17,947 bases of DNA from Roseibacillus sp. (GCA_965242925.1 CBDEUM010000028.1:1-17947), one strand, 5' to 3'. Shown: positions 7,478-16,193, counted from the first letter of the stretch. Numbers and translations: made by a program. Notes: generated by a model from the sequence alone, not told the origin.

Positions 7478-8409
7478 CTGACTTTGGCTTTAAGTTTTCA
7501 TGTAACGGGGCTTCGATCTACGAAGCCCCGTTTTCTTTTGCCCCGTTATCCACTTCCTTTTGACCGAATCACAGTTATAGATCCGTTACTCTCTTCGATG
7601 ATCGCTACCCTTGCAGGAAAGCCTCTCACTGTCCCTGTAAAGAAATCCTCCCACCCCTCATGATGCCCTTCCGAATATCCCCTTCCCTGACAGGCCTCAT
7701 GGCCTCCTTCTCCCTTCTGAGCAGTGGCCTGACCCTTGCCGCGACCTACTCTAACGATTTCGACTCCTACCCCGACGGCACCACGGATCTTGGTGATGGC
7801 ACGGCCTTCAATGGTGCCTCCGCCTCCATTCAGGGTGGTCGCCTGCAACTCACCATCGACAATCAGGGCCTTGGCTTCGCCAGCTTCACCATCCCCGCCC
7901 TGGCCAACTCCTCGCAGGGTTGGTCGATGTCGGCTGATATCGAGATGTTCGACGCCGTTGGGGGCAACCCGCCGGCCGACGGCTTCTCCTTCAACTACGG
8001 TGACTTCGCCGTCGGCGAGCGAGGACAGGCCGAGGACGGCATGGCTGGTCGCCCGGGTGTGACGAGCAACATCTCCTTCGAGGTCGACACCTGGATGAAC
8101 TTTGACGCCGAACAGGGTGTCAACATTTCCGGAGTCTTGGATGGCGTCGACATCCAGAATCAGCTTGGGGCTTTCAACAACGGGCCCATTCTCAATGACG
8201 GCCAACGAGTGATCGGGACCATGACCGCGAGCTACAATGCCGCTAATGGAACGGTGTCCTTTGCCACCACCGGCCTTGAAACCAACGCCAACTTCGTTGA
8301 CATCGATCTTCAGGGGGCCGTCGGGGACGACGCCTGGAACTTCGGCTTCTCGGCCCGGGTCGGTGGTGCCAACATGGACGTCTTCATCGACAACCTGGTG
8401 ATCACAACC
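6740..8409 (+). repeat. Near-identical 666-nt direct repeat (6740-7405 and 7744-8409) shared by two adjacent genes
   Basis: Colinear with offset 1004 and no indels. By hand, 19 of 222 residues differ. Tract 6768-7041 vs 7772-8045 has 4 mismatches in 274 nt, all synonymous. Confidence 0.95.
7504..7539 (+). terminator. Rho-independent terminator after the PEP-CTERM gene
   Basis: AACGGGGCTTCG (7504-7515) / CGAAGCCCCGTT (7521-7532) is a perfect 12-bp inverted repeat with loop ATCTA, followed by TTCTTTT. Confidence 0.88.
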
Positions 8410-11376
8410 GGTGATGGAGGAGGAGGCAGCCCGGACCGCGATGGAGACGGTCTCTCTAATGTCTACGAGGAAGCCAACGGCCTTGATCCCGACGACGACG
8501 GTACCATTGGCGAATCGGCCCCCGGGGCCAAGGACGGTCCTAACGGCGCCCTTGGCGATCCCGACGGCGACAGCCTGACAAATACCCAGGAACAGGCGTT
8601 GGGAACCGATCCCCAGGATGTCGACACCGACGGTGATGATCTTACCGACGATGTCGAGGACGGCGGCGGCATCTACGTCAGCGCCAGCCAGACCGGAACC
8701 GACCCCCTCACGGCCGACACCGATGGTGATGGCCTCCCCGACGGCGTGGAGGATCCCAATCTGCCCTTCGTGAATGCCAGTCAACCCGGCACCGACCCCA
8801 ATAATCGCGACACCGATGGCGACTTCACCGGTGACGGGTCCGAGATTGACCAGGGTCGCGATCCCACTGTCCCTGACGGCGGCGGCGGCAGTGCTTACGT
8901 CCAGGACTTCACCTACCCCGACGGCACCACTGATCTTACTGATGGCTCGGTCATGACCGGCAGTTCGGCCAGCATTCAGGGCGGACGCCTGCAACTCACC
9001 ATCGACAACGTGGGTGGCGGCTTTTCCAGCTTTTCCATCCCTGCCCTGGAGGGCTCTTCCGTGGGATGGAGCGCCACTTTTGATCTCGAGATCTTCGACG
9101 CCGTTGGTGGCAACCCTCCGGCCGATGGCTTCTCCTTCAACTACGGCAATGCCCCCCTCGGCACTCTCGGCTGGGCGGAGGAAGGCATTGACCCCAACGT
9201 CGCATCGGAGAATGTCTCCTTCGAGGTCGACACCTGGATGAATGCTGACGCTGAGCAGGGTGTCAACATCTCAGGGGTTGCGGGTGGTCAGGATCTCGGG
9301 CAACTCGCCTTCACCAATGGTGTCATTCTCGACGATGGCCAACGGGTGACCGGTACGGTTGAAATCGAATGGGATCCGGTCAACGGGGCCAGCTTCACCA
9401 CCACCGGACTCAACACCAACGCCGACTTCTCCACTGTCAGCACCGCCGCCTTCCAGGCCGATGATGATTTCACCTTCATCATCTCTGCCCGCGTAGGCGG
9501 AGCCAACGAGGACCTCTTCATTGACAATCTTGTCGTGACCACCGGTGCTCCCGGAGACGCCGACGGGGATGGCCTCTCCAATGCCTACGAGGAAGTCAAC
9601 GGACTCGATCCCAACGACGACGGAACCATTGGCGAGTCCTCGCCCGGGGCCACGGACGGTCCCAACGGGGCCCTCGGCGATCCGGATGGTGATGGATTGA
9701 CCAACACCCAGGAGCGTGACCTGGGAACCGATCCCCAGGATGATGATACCGACGGAGACACTTTGACCGACAGCGAGGAACTCAGTGATGCCAACGGTTT
9801 TGTCACTAACCCCTCCCTTAGCGATAGCGACGGCGACAGCCTCAGCGACGGCGAGGAAATCAACACCCATGGGACTGACCCCCTCCTTCGCGACACCGAC
9901 GGCGATACTATAACAGACTCGGCCGAGATCAACAACGGCACCAATCCCCTCGTCTACAATCCGCCTCCCTCTGGCTACTGCCAGAACTTCGACGGCTACC
10001 CCGACGGTACCACGGATCTTGGTGACGGCTCCGTCATGGCTGGTCAGGCCGCCAGCATCCAGGATGGCAAGCTCCGCCTCACCATCGACGGCCAGGGCCT
10101 TGGCTTTTCCAGCTTCTCCATCCCGGCCCTGGGTGGATCCGCCGATGGCTGGACGGCCTCCTTTGATGTCGAGATCAGCGACGGCCCCGGCGCCAACGTG
10201 CCGGCCGACGGCTTCTCCCTCAACTACGGCGATGCCCCCCTCGGCACTCTGGGCTGGGCGGAGGAAGGCATTGGGCCCGCCGACGCATCGGAGAATCTCT
10301 CCTTCGAGGTCGACACCTGGATGAACTTCGACACCGAACAGGGCGTCAATATTTCCGGCGTGGCCGGTGGGATCGATGTCGGTCAACTCGCCTTCACCAA
10401 TGGACCTATTCTCAATGATGGCGCTACCGTTACGGGCACGGTTTCGATCACCTGGGATCCCGTCAACGGGGCGACCTTCATCACCACCGGCTTCGACACC
10501 AATGCCGAATTCCTCAACGTCGCCACCGGTGCCTTTGTCCCGGATGACTCCCACACCTTCATCATTTCCGCGCGGGTGGGTGGAGCCAACGAAACCCTCC
10601 TCATCGACAATCTCTGCATCCTCACCGGACCGCCAACCAAGACGCAGTTCGAGCTCAGAAATGTGGGCAGCGATCTGGAGTTCACCTTCGATAGCGAGGC
10701 CGGCAAAGTCTACGACATCCTCAGCTCCACCGACCCGGAAGCCGAACCGGATTCTGCCGCCTGGGCCGTGTGGCAGGCCGACATTCCCGCCACCGCACCC
10801 GTTAACGTGGAGACCTTTGCACGACCCGCGGATGCCAGGCGCTTCTTCGTGATCCGGGAGAAGGATGCCCCGCCCTTCTTCGTCGAGGACTTCGAATCGG
10901 GCCAGGGTGATTGGACCACGGGCGTGAACGATGCCAACGGGAATACTGCCTGGGTATTGGGATCTCCCGATGGAAGCACCGGGCCCATCACCGGCGCTGA
11001 TGGCTCAGGCAATGCCTTCGCCACCAACCTCGGTGACTACGGGAATGATGCCGATATCTTCCTGCGATCGCCCGTAATCGACCTCACCGGTGGTGGAATC
11101 ACGACCGCCACCCTCACCTTGGATCATTACCGTGATGCCGATGGCTTCGGAGACCTTTTCGGAGTGCGTGTTCTCAGAGCCGGTGACCTGAGCGAACTGG
11201 GAACCCTCGATCCGGATCCCATCGTTTTTGATGCGGACTGGGTGGAGTTCAGTGGAAACCTTCCCGCCTCCGCGGTGGGCGAGGAAGTCATCCTCGAGTT
11301 CTGGTTCACCAGCGATGCCACCAACGATGCCTTCAGCGGCTGGTCCATCGACAACGTGGCTGTCGGACTGCAGTAA
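7660..11376 (+). CDS. Large secreted acidic multidomain protein: 3 L-type-lectin-like domains separated by Ca-binding DxDGDG (bacterial thrombospondin type 3-like) repeats, plus C-terminal beta domains
   Basis: Signal-peptide-like N-terminus (...SFSLLSSGLTLAA). Three homologous ~220-aa domains each contain PADGFSxNYG, SFEVDTWMN and SARVGGAN. Two blocks of DTDGDGLxD...GTDP repeats lie between them. The C-terminal domain EDFESGQGDWT...GWSIDNVAV is MAM/cleaved-adhesin-like by my recognition only. Confidence 0.9.
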   Translation: MMPFRISPSLTGLMASFSLLSSGLTLAATYSNDFDSYPDGTTDLGDGTAFNGASASIQGGRLQLTIDNQGLGFASFTIPALANSSQGWSMSADIEMFDAVGGNPPADGFSFNYGDFAVGERGQAEDGMAGRPGVTSNISFEVDTWMNFDAEQGVNISGVLDGVDIQNQLGAFNNGPILNDGQRVIGTMTASYNAANGTVSFATTGLETNANFVDIDLQGAVGDDAWNFGFSARVGGANMDVFIDNLVITTGDGGGGSPDRDGDGLSNVYEEANGLDPDDDGTIGESAPGAKDGPNGALGDPDGDSLTNTQEQALGTDPQDVDTDGDDLTDDVEDGGGIYVSASQTGTDPLTADTDGDGLPDGVEDPNLPFVNASQPGTDPNNRDTDGDFTGDGSEIDQGRDPTVPDGGGGSAYVQDFTYPDGTTDLTDGSVMTGSSASIQGGRLQLTIDNVGGGFSSFSIPALEGSSVGWSATFDLEIFDAVGGNPPADGFSFNYGNAPLGTLGWAEEGIDPNVASENVSFEVDTWMNADAEQGVNISGVAGGQDLGQLAFTNGVILDDGQRVTGTVEIEWDPVNGASFTTTGLNTNADFSTVSTAAFQADDDFTFIISARVGGANEDLFIDNLVVTTGAPGDADGDGLSNAYEEVNGLDPNDDGTIGESSPGATDGPNGALGDPDGDGLTNTQERDLGTDPQDDDTDGDTLTDSEELSDANGFVTNPSLSDSDGDSLSDGEEINTHGTDPLLRDTDGDTITDSAEINNGTNPLVYNPPPSGYCQNFDGYPDGTTDLGDGSVMAGQAASIQDGKLRLTIDGQGLGFSSFSIPALGGSADGWTASFDVEISDGPGANVPADGFSLNYGDAPLGTLGWAEEGIGPADASENLSFEVDTWMNFDTEQGVNISGVAGGIDVGQLAFTNGPILNDGATVTGTVSITWDPVNGATFITTGFDTNAEFLNVATGAFVPDDSHTFIISARVGGANETLLIDNLCILTGPPTKTQFELRNVGSDLEFTFDSEAGKVYDILSSTDPEAEPDSAAWAVWQADIPATAPVNVETFARPADARRFFVIREKDAPPFFVEDFESGQGDWTTGVNDANGNTAWVLGSPDGSTGPITGADGSGNAFATNLGDYGNDADIFLRSPVIDLTGGGITTATLTLDHYRDADGFGDLFGVRVLRAGDLSELGTLDPDPIVFDADWVEFSGNLPASAVGEEVILEFWFTSDATNDAFSGWSIDNVAVGLQ
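8434..9960 (+). repeat. Two blocks (~8434-8877 and ~9556-9960) of Asp/Gly-rich Ca-binding-type repeats
   Basis: DGDGLSNVYEEANGLDPDDDGTIGESAPGAKDGPNGALGDPDGD vs DGDGLSNAYEEVNGLDPNDDGTIGESSPGATDGPNGALGDPDGD, each followed by DTDGD/GTDP units. Confidence 0.88.
8893..10626 (+). repeat. Second (8893-9543) and third (9973-10626) lectin-like domain copies within the large protein
   Basis: Shared YPDGTTDLxDG, APLGTLGWAEEGI, SFEVDTWMN, GQLAFTNG, WDPVNGA and FIISARVGGANE, with long stretches of nucleotide identity. Confidence 0.92.
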
Positions 11377-11401
11377 TACAATCACCACCCACACCTGCTT
11401 T

Positions 11402-11437
11402 AATGGGGCCATTCCCGACAGCGGATGACCCCGTTTT
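11402..11437 (+). terminator. Possible Rho-independent terminator after the large lectin-like gene
   Basis: AATGGGGCCATTC (11402-11414) / GGATGACCCCGTT (11423-11435), with two G-U pairs and one mismatch, ending in a short T run. Confidence 0.5.
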
Positions 11438-11536
11438 CGTCCAACTGAAACGGCGCATGACGTTTTCGACAAGCAAATGGGAGGTTCATTGCTTGAAAAA
11501 CAGCCTGGCGTGTGCCTAATCCTGACCAGATACAAC

Positions 11537-12034
11537 ATGAGAATCCCCTGTCCAGTCTGCGCCACCCTGATCATGGCCGGGGAGGAACATGTCGGCATGA
11601 AGAACCGCTGTGTCACCTGTCGAACCAAGTTCCTCATCCCCTCCCGCGAGGATGGCCAGGCGCAAATCCTTGAACGCGGTGTGGCGCCGCAGTCGAGCGT
11701 CCCCACCCTGCAGGTCCGACCCCCGGAAACCGCTTTGCCAAGCAACCCCGGAAGCGAAAAGAAGGCCCCGCCTTACAAACTGCTCACCTCTTCCGATCCG
11801 TTACGGGCTCCCACCAATGCCCCCGGCGGAAAAACCTTCCGGGCTCTCCCGTCCGTTCCACCACCACACCCTTCCGGGACTGAACCTCCTCCCAGGGTTC
11901 AGGTCCACCTCAGGAAAAAGTTGGTGCGGCGGAAGATCCCCAAGAAAAAGGCCGTCAGAAAACACAGTCTTGAACACCTCCCCGCCCTCGATCCCGACCC
12001 CGGACCTCCGGAACAGGACAATCCCGGGAAATGA
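11537..12034 (+). CDS. Hypothetical protein with N-terminal Zn-ribbon (CxxC-x16-CxxC) and Pro-rich/basic low-complexity tail
   Basis: MRIPCPVCATLIMAGEEHVGMKNRCVTCRTKFLIP. I prefer the ATG at 11537 over 11477 because such Zn-ribbons usually sit at the extreme N-terminus. Confidence 0.7.
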   Translation: MRIPCPVCATLIMAGEEHVGMKNRCVTCRTKFLIPSREDGQAQILERGVAPQSSVPTLQVRPPETALPSNPGSEKKAPPYKLLTSSDPLRAPTNAPGGKTFRALPSVPPPHPSGTEPPPRVQVHLRKKLVRRKIPKKKAVRKHSLEHLPALDPDPGPPEQDNPGK

Positions 12035-12208
12035 CCCGCCTCCACGGGAACCCAGTCCGCCCCTCCGAAACTGGAGCGCTTCCCGATAACTCCAGGAGCT
12101 GGAAATCCGGACTCTTTCTTTTTCCCGATCCCACCGGGTATCGCTTGGCGAGGGTTCTCTACGCCGGAACCTCCCGCTACTCTGCCCCGTGCCCCGCCGG
12201 CTTCCCGG

Positions 12209-13072
12209 TCACTTCCTCCACTCAAACTCAGGCAACTTGCTCCGGTCCAGCCCCTTGAGGTGCCCCTTTCCCGCCCGCGAGGTATCATCGGGACGCACGT
12301 AGACCCAGTCGTTGTCACCAAACACTTCCTCACAGAACCTGGCTGCCTCCGGGTCATACTTCTTCAGTTCCTCCCGCGTGTTGACGTGGTTGTGAATCTT
12401 GTCGTTTTCCCGGTTAGTATTGAACCAGCACTGCACCGCCTCCGCCCAGTACTCGTGGTAGTGCCCAGCCGCATAGGTTCCCTTCCACCTGCCCTCAGCC
12501 AGTGATTCCCTGTAAGCCGCCTTCAACCTCCTGTCGAAAGTCTTGTCCAGGACGTTGATGGCCATGAGATGGACGGCATGCGCAATCTCGTGTACCAGAA
12601 TGTTCTCAGTAGGATAGGGATCCCCAGGACAGCAGAGCATGTTTTCTTCCGCACAGCTCACCGCGGGTCGATGCCAGGTCGCCCCCAGTCCCCGCGACCG
12701 GTTCCATCGTTCGGGGGGCCGCAGGTCGCTATGCTCGGGAATGTCGAGGGTCACCTCGCTCACTCCCATCACGGCCAGCCGGGCCTTGCTCTTTCCCAGC
12801 TGCCGGAGAAGATCCGGCCGTTTTCCCAGCATGGACTGTACAATCCAGGCCGCCTCCCTGAGAGCGTAGGGGGAAACCTTCCCGGACGCCACGATGGGAA
12901 AGCCCTCCAGCAGGACAACCTGCTGGTAGAACCCGGCGAGCTTGAATTCCCTGCGCAACCCGGGGCTGATCTTTTCAACTTCCTGCCCGGGTGAGGGATT
13001 TGGAGCCGTAAGGAAGAGACCGGAGCAAAGAGCTATCATACGCTGCATCGACAGCAAAGGTAGGGATTCCAT
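12209..13072 (-). CDS. Putative secreted zinc metallopeptidase-like protein (HEXXH zincin)
   Basis: ENILVHEIAHAVH with downstream YAAGHYHEYWAEAVQ (third-ligand Glu candidate) and ELKKYDP. The hydrophobic N-terminus suggests the real start may be one of the next two Mets. Confidence 0.8.
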   Translation of the reverse strand: MESLPLLSMQRMIALCSGLFLTAPNPSPGQEVEKISPGLRREFKLAGFYQQVVLLEGFPIVASGKVSPYALREAAWIVQSMLGKRPDLLRQLGKSKARLAVMGVSEVTLDIPEHSDLRPPERWNRSRGLGATWHRPAVSCAEENMLCCPGDPYPTENILVHEIAHAVHLMAINVLDKTFDRRLKAAYRESLAEGRWKGTYAAGHYHEYWAEAVQCWFNTNRENDKIHNHVNTREELKKYDPEAARFCEEVFGDNDWVYVRPDDTSRAGKGHLKGLDRSKLPEFEWRK

Positions 13073-13162
13073 CTGAATTCCTCAAGCCACGGGTCGCGTT
13101 CCGGGGGCCATCAATCCAGCCCAATGGATTCCGGTGGACCCGGAGAATTCTCCTCCCCCCTG

Positions 13163-13196
13163 AAAAAAATTGAGGCGGCCTCCCCGGCCGCCTCAA
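13163..13196 (-). terminator. Rho-independent terminator after the DUF1080 gene
   Basis: TTGAGGCGGCC (13170-13180) / GGCCGCCTCAA (13186-13196) is a perfect 11-bp stem with a 5-nt loop. A7 at 13163-13169 is a U7 tail on the minus strand, and the stem lies ~30 nt after the TAG at 13228. Confidence 0.88.
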
Positions 13197-13227
13197 GGAG
13201 GACATTCAATTCAGGAAGCGATCGAGA

Positions 13228-13878
13228 CTACTTGAGCGGCTTGATCCTGATATTGCGGAAGCGCACTTCAAATCCGCCCGGAGAGTGGTACTGCAATCCA
13301 ATGATGCCTTCCTTGGCCGCTTTCTTGGCATCCTTGTCGTCGAACTCGATCGCGACCACGCCATTCAACTCCTGTGTCAGCTTTGGACCGTTGGCTGTGA
13401 TCCTGTACTTGTTCCATCCATTGTCCTTCTTGATGGTCGGCTTGTTCTTGTATTTTCCGGCCAGCAGGCCACGTCCCTTCTCCTCATAGAGCTTTCCATA
13501 CCATCCATTTCCAATATCCGCCTGGTAACCGCTCACCACCCACTTGTTGGCACCATTCGCAGACTGCTTGGAGCGGATCTGGATCCCGCTGTTCCCTTTG
13601 CCATCCACCAGGATCCACTCCGCCTCCAGTTCGAAATTGGCGAAGGGATGCTTGTAAATGAGGAAGGTATTGCCTCCCTGGAGCCGGGCGACATGACCGG
13701 AAATATACCCGTCCTTGACCCTCCAGATATCCGGGTTTCCGTCCCAGCCAGCGAGGTCTTTTCCGTTGAACAACGTGATCCATCCATCCTTGTCGGGCTT
13801 GGGCAGTTCGTGGTGGTCCGCGAAGAGCGGCATGACACCAGAGGCAAGGGCAATTACGAGAGTGGTGATTTGTTTCAT
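13228..13878 (-). CDS. DUF1080 / 3-keto-disaccharide hydrolase family protein, secreted, 216 aa
   Basis: Signal peptide MKQITTLVIALASGVMPLFA from the ATG at 13878. Family motifs GWITLFNGKDLAGW, NSGIQIRS, GYQADI, WNKYRI and GIIGLQYH...VRFRNIRIK. Confidence 0.92.
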   Translation of the reverse strand: MKQITTLVIALASGVMPLFADHHELPKPDKDGWITLFNGKDLAGWDGNPDIWRVKDGYISGHVARLQGGNTFLIYKHPFANFELEAEWILVDGKGNSGIQIRSKQSANGANKWVVSGYQADIGNGWYGKLYEEKGRGLLAGKYKNKPTIKKDNGWNKYRITANGPKLTQELNGVVAIEFDDKDAKKAAKEGIIGLQYHSPGGFEVRFRNIRIKPLK

Positions 13879-14064
13879 GGTTTTCGAGTGTGCCTTGGGA
13901 TTTTTCAGATCCAGGGGAAGGACGCGAGCCTTTTCGCCGCCTTCGATCCCCTTCCCGGTCTCCAGATCACCCGGTGATCTCGATGATCGGTCCCGCCCCC
14001 TGTAGGCCGCTGCATTTCCCTCGAGGGTCATGAAAGCGGGCGAAGCGCAATGCGCATCGGAAAT

Positions 14065-16107
14065 CTAAGGGTCCAGGGGCTTCAGCGCTTCCATGAGCCT
14101 GGGGAGCAACCGGGTAATCTCCTGCCTGGAATCGATCGCGAACCAGCGCTTCGATCCCTCTCCCACGGAACGGACACTGAAAGTCACCAGGCCTCCGCCT
14201 GCAGCCACCTGATCTCCCAGCACCAGGAAGAAGAAACCACCTGTGTCGAGGTCGGAGTTCCAGGTAGGAAGATAGAACAACTCCACCGAATCGTCCTCAC
14301 TGCTCCAGCGGGACAAATGATTCGTCACATCGAACCGCAGCCGTTCCTCGCCATCCATGACCAGGGCGAATCCCCCGGTTTTCGGCTCCGTGCTCCAGCC
14401 CACACCTCCCGAAAAACAAAGGACTCGTTTCTCCGTGCCTTTCTTCCGGACCTTGCTCTCCCAGCCGACTTCCGCTCCCCGTTTCTCCTGCCGGATGAAC
14501 ACCCGCTCGACGAAGTCTCCCGCCAGATTGTGCCACATGGTACTTTCCCCGGTCCCGATATCGATCTTCCGGATAGCGGGCTTGGCCCCCCGGAGGTGCT
14601 TGGCCAGCAATTTCGCCCGAGCGGCATCCTCCCCACTCCCGGGAGCCCCTGCCCATTCGGAAAGTTTCCCGAAGGCCGCGTCTTCTCCGCTGGGCGCTCG
14701 ATGAAAAGGAGCCGGCTTCTGGTCCCCCGGGGCCGCGAACTCCTTTCCCACCACCCTGTGGACCGCTCCCACCACGACCTCTTCAACCTCCGGTTTGTAG
14801 CGCCCCGGCTGCTCGTAGTAGACCTGTGAAAAGTCCGCCTCGTAGCCCCCCTCCGCCAGGACCCGCCTGGACGGTATATAGCCGGGCATGCCATTGGCCC
14901 ACGCCGTGATCCACAGACGTGACCAGGCCAGTTCCCGGTTCAGACGCACCGAGTAGTCGACCACCACCTCACCGGGAAGAAACACCATCGCCAGGTCCTT
15001 CCCGAATTGCCAGCTGGTCACCGGGTAGGGCACGTGGGAGGGAATCCCCTCCCCGGCATCAAGGCGCTTGAGCATCGCGATCCCCAGCTGCCCGTCAAAT
15101 CCTCCCTTCGCTTTCAACTCCTCCCAATAGGTCCGCGGCTTGGGATCCACCAGCGGCAGCTGCACTGTCGTTCCCGCCACGGCAGGGGCTCCTCCAAGCT
15201 CGCTCATCCCGTCCCCCAGCAACCGCTGTACTTCTTTTCCGATCGCGCGTCCATGGAGTTCTGCGATCTGAAGGTTCCCTCCCGGCTGTGGACCGATGTC
15301 CGCCCCACAGCCGATTGTCATGAGAGCCGTAGCCGAGGGAAAGGCCGCTTCCATCGACTCGTTGGCATAGCCGGCCCAATCCCCGCTGACGTGATTCCGT
15401 CCACCAACCGTGGTGCAGTGGCAGGCATAGTTCGCCCATAGAATCCTGACCCTTCCATTCCGATCTTTCGCGGCGAGAACCGGCAGGCTGTGATCAACAG
15501 GAGCGCCGTGCTGAAGGCCGAATCCACGCCATTCATTTCCCACCATGACCCGCCGGTTTCCCCCGAAGTCCGCCCGGCCCTGCCCCCAGGAGAGATGCAT
15601 CGGCTGGCGATTCTGCAACGCCATTCTCACCGCCTGCGCCATCTTCTCGAGGGCGAAATCGGTATAGCGCGCCATCCTCTCTTCCTGCTCCGGAGTCATC
15701 CGTCCCGCCCACAGAACCCGGGCGTAACCAACCAGGCTGGGCGCATTGTGGGTATGAGTGGCTGCCACCACCAGTCGTTCCGGGACAATTCCTTCCCGCG
15801 AGAGACTCTGCGCCAGCCTCGCCTTGAGAGCTGCAGGGACCCCGCAATTGTCAAGAACCACGATCGCAACCGGATCCTCATTTCCGATCACCATCGCACG
15901 CGCCCACAACCTGGTATCGATTCCTTCCAGCTCGGTCCTGCGGCCTCCGTAGCCGGCAAGAACCACCGGGTGACCGGGAGTAACATCCACCTTGGCCGCA
16001 CCCACCTCTACCAATCGTTCGTCAGCCTGGACCGTTCCCACCAGAAAAACCGCTGCAACCCCGGACAACACACCCAGTCGGAAATGAATTCGCCTCCCTT
16101 TCAACAT
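14065..16107 (-). CDS. Neutral/alkaline non-lysosomal ceramidase-like amidohydrolase with extra C-terminal domain, secreted
   Basis: VGAAKVDVTP, LAGYGGR, ATHTHNAP, NYACHCT, SGDWAGY, GCGADIGP, LPGEVVVDY and GYIPS...GGYE. A signal-peptide-like segment ending VQA follows the ATG at 16107. Confidence 0.85.
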   Translation of the reverse strand: MLKGRRIHFRLGVLSGVAAVFLVGTVQADERLVEVGAAKVDVTPGHPVVLAGYGGRRTELEGIDTRLWARAMVIGNEDPVAIVVLDNCGVPAALKARLAQSLSREGIVPERLVVAATHTHNAPSLVGYARVLWAGRMTPEQEERMARYTDFALEKMAQAVRMALQNRQPMHLSWGQGRADFGGNRRVMVGNEWRGFGLQHGAPVDHSLPVLAAKDRNGRVRILWANYACHCTTVGGRNHVSGDWAGYANESMEAAFPSATALMTIGCGADIGPQPGGNLQIAELHGRAIGKEVQRLLGDGMSELGGAPAVAGTTVQLPLVDPKPRTYWEELKAKGGFDGQLGIAMLKRLDAGEGIPSHVPYPVTSWQFGKDLAMVFLPGEVVVDYSVRLNRELAWSRLWITAWANGMPGYIPSRRVLAEGGYEADFSQVYYEQPGRYKPEVEEVVVGAVHRVVGKEFAAPGDQKPAPFHRAPSGEDAAFGKLSEWAGAPGSGEDAARAKLLAKHLRGAKPAIRKIDIGTGESTMWHNLAGDFVERVFIRQEKRGAEVGWESKVRKKGTEKRVLCFSGGVGWSTEPKTGGFALVMDGEERLRFDVTNHLSRWSSEDDSVELFYLPTWNSDLDTGGFFFLVLGDQVAAGGGLVTFSVRSVGEGSKRWFAIDSRQEITRLLPRLMEALKPLDP

Positions 16108-16193
16108 AAGGAATAGATTAGAACGCGCCGGAAAAAACGCGAGGGCCGATTCATCACCTCGACAGAAGCGGAGAAACCGACCTACCATTCTGC

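Noticed and set aside
6740..8409. Diversity-generating retroelement template/variable repeat pair
   Set aside because: Mismatches are not adenine-specific, many are synonymous C/T changes, both copies are coding, and there is no reverse transcriptase in the window.
8434..9960. Recurrent GACGGCGAC/GATCCC units resembling a DNA repeat array or CRISPR
   Set aside because: They are explained by coding DxDGD/GTDP protein repeats, with no constant-length repeat-spacer structure.
7546..10554. Long antisense ORFs 7546..8994 and 9271..10554 (also 2843..3991, 4832..5635, 5636..6448, 1161..2192, 14050..14829, 16182..17060)
   Set aside because: They are shadow frames opposite well-supported genes, expected with high GC and biased codon use, and show no recognisable motifs.
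12032..12070. Second possible UGA readthrough after the Zn-ribbon gene
   Set aside because: I saw no comparable SECIS-like hairpin. The continuation runs antisense into the peptidase gene without protein-like motifs.
13879..14031. N-terminal extensions given by the ORF track (also 6650-6679, 11477-11536, 16108-16188)
   Set aside because: Downstream ATGs place signal peptides or the Zn-ribbon at the N-terminus, and the extensions look like intergenic sequence.
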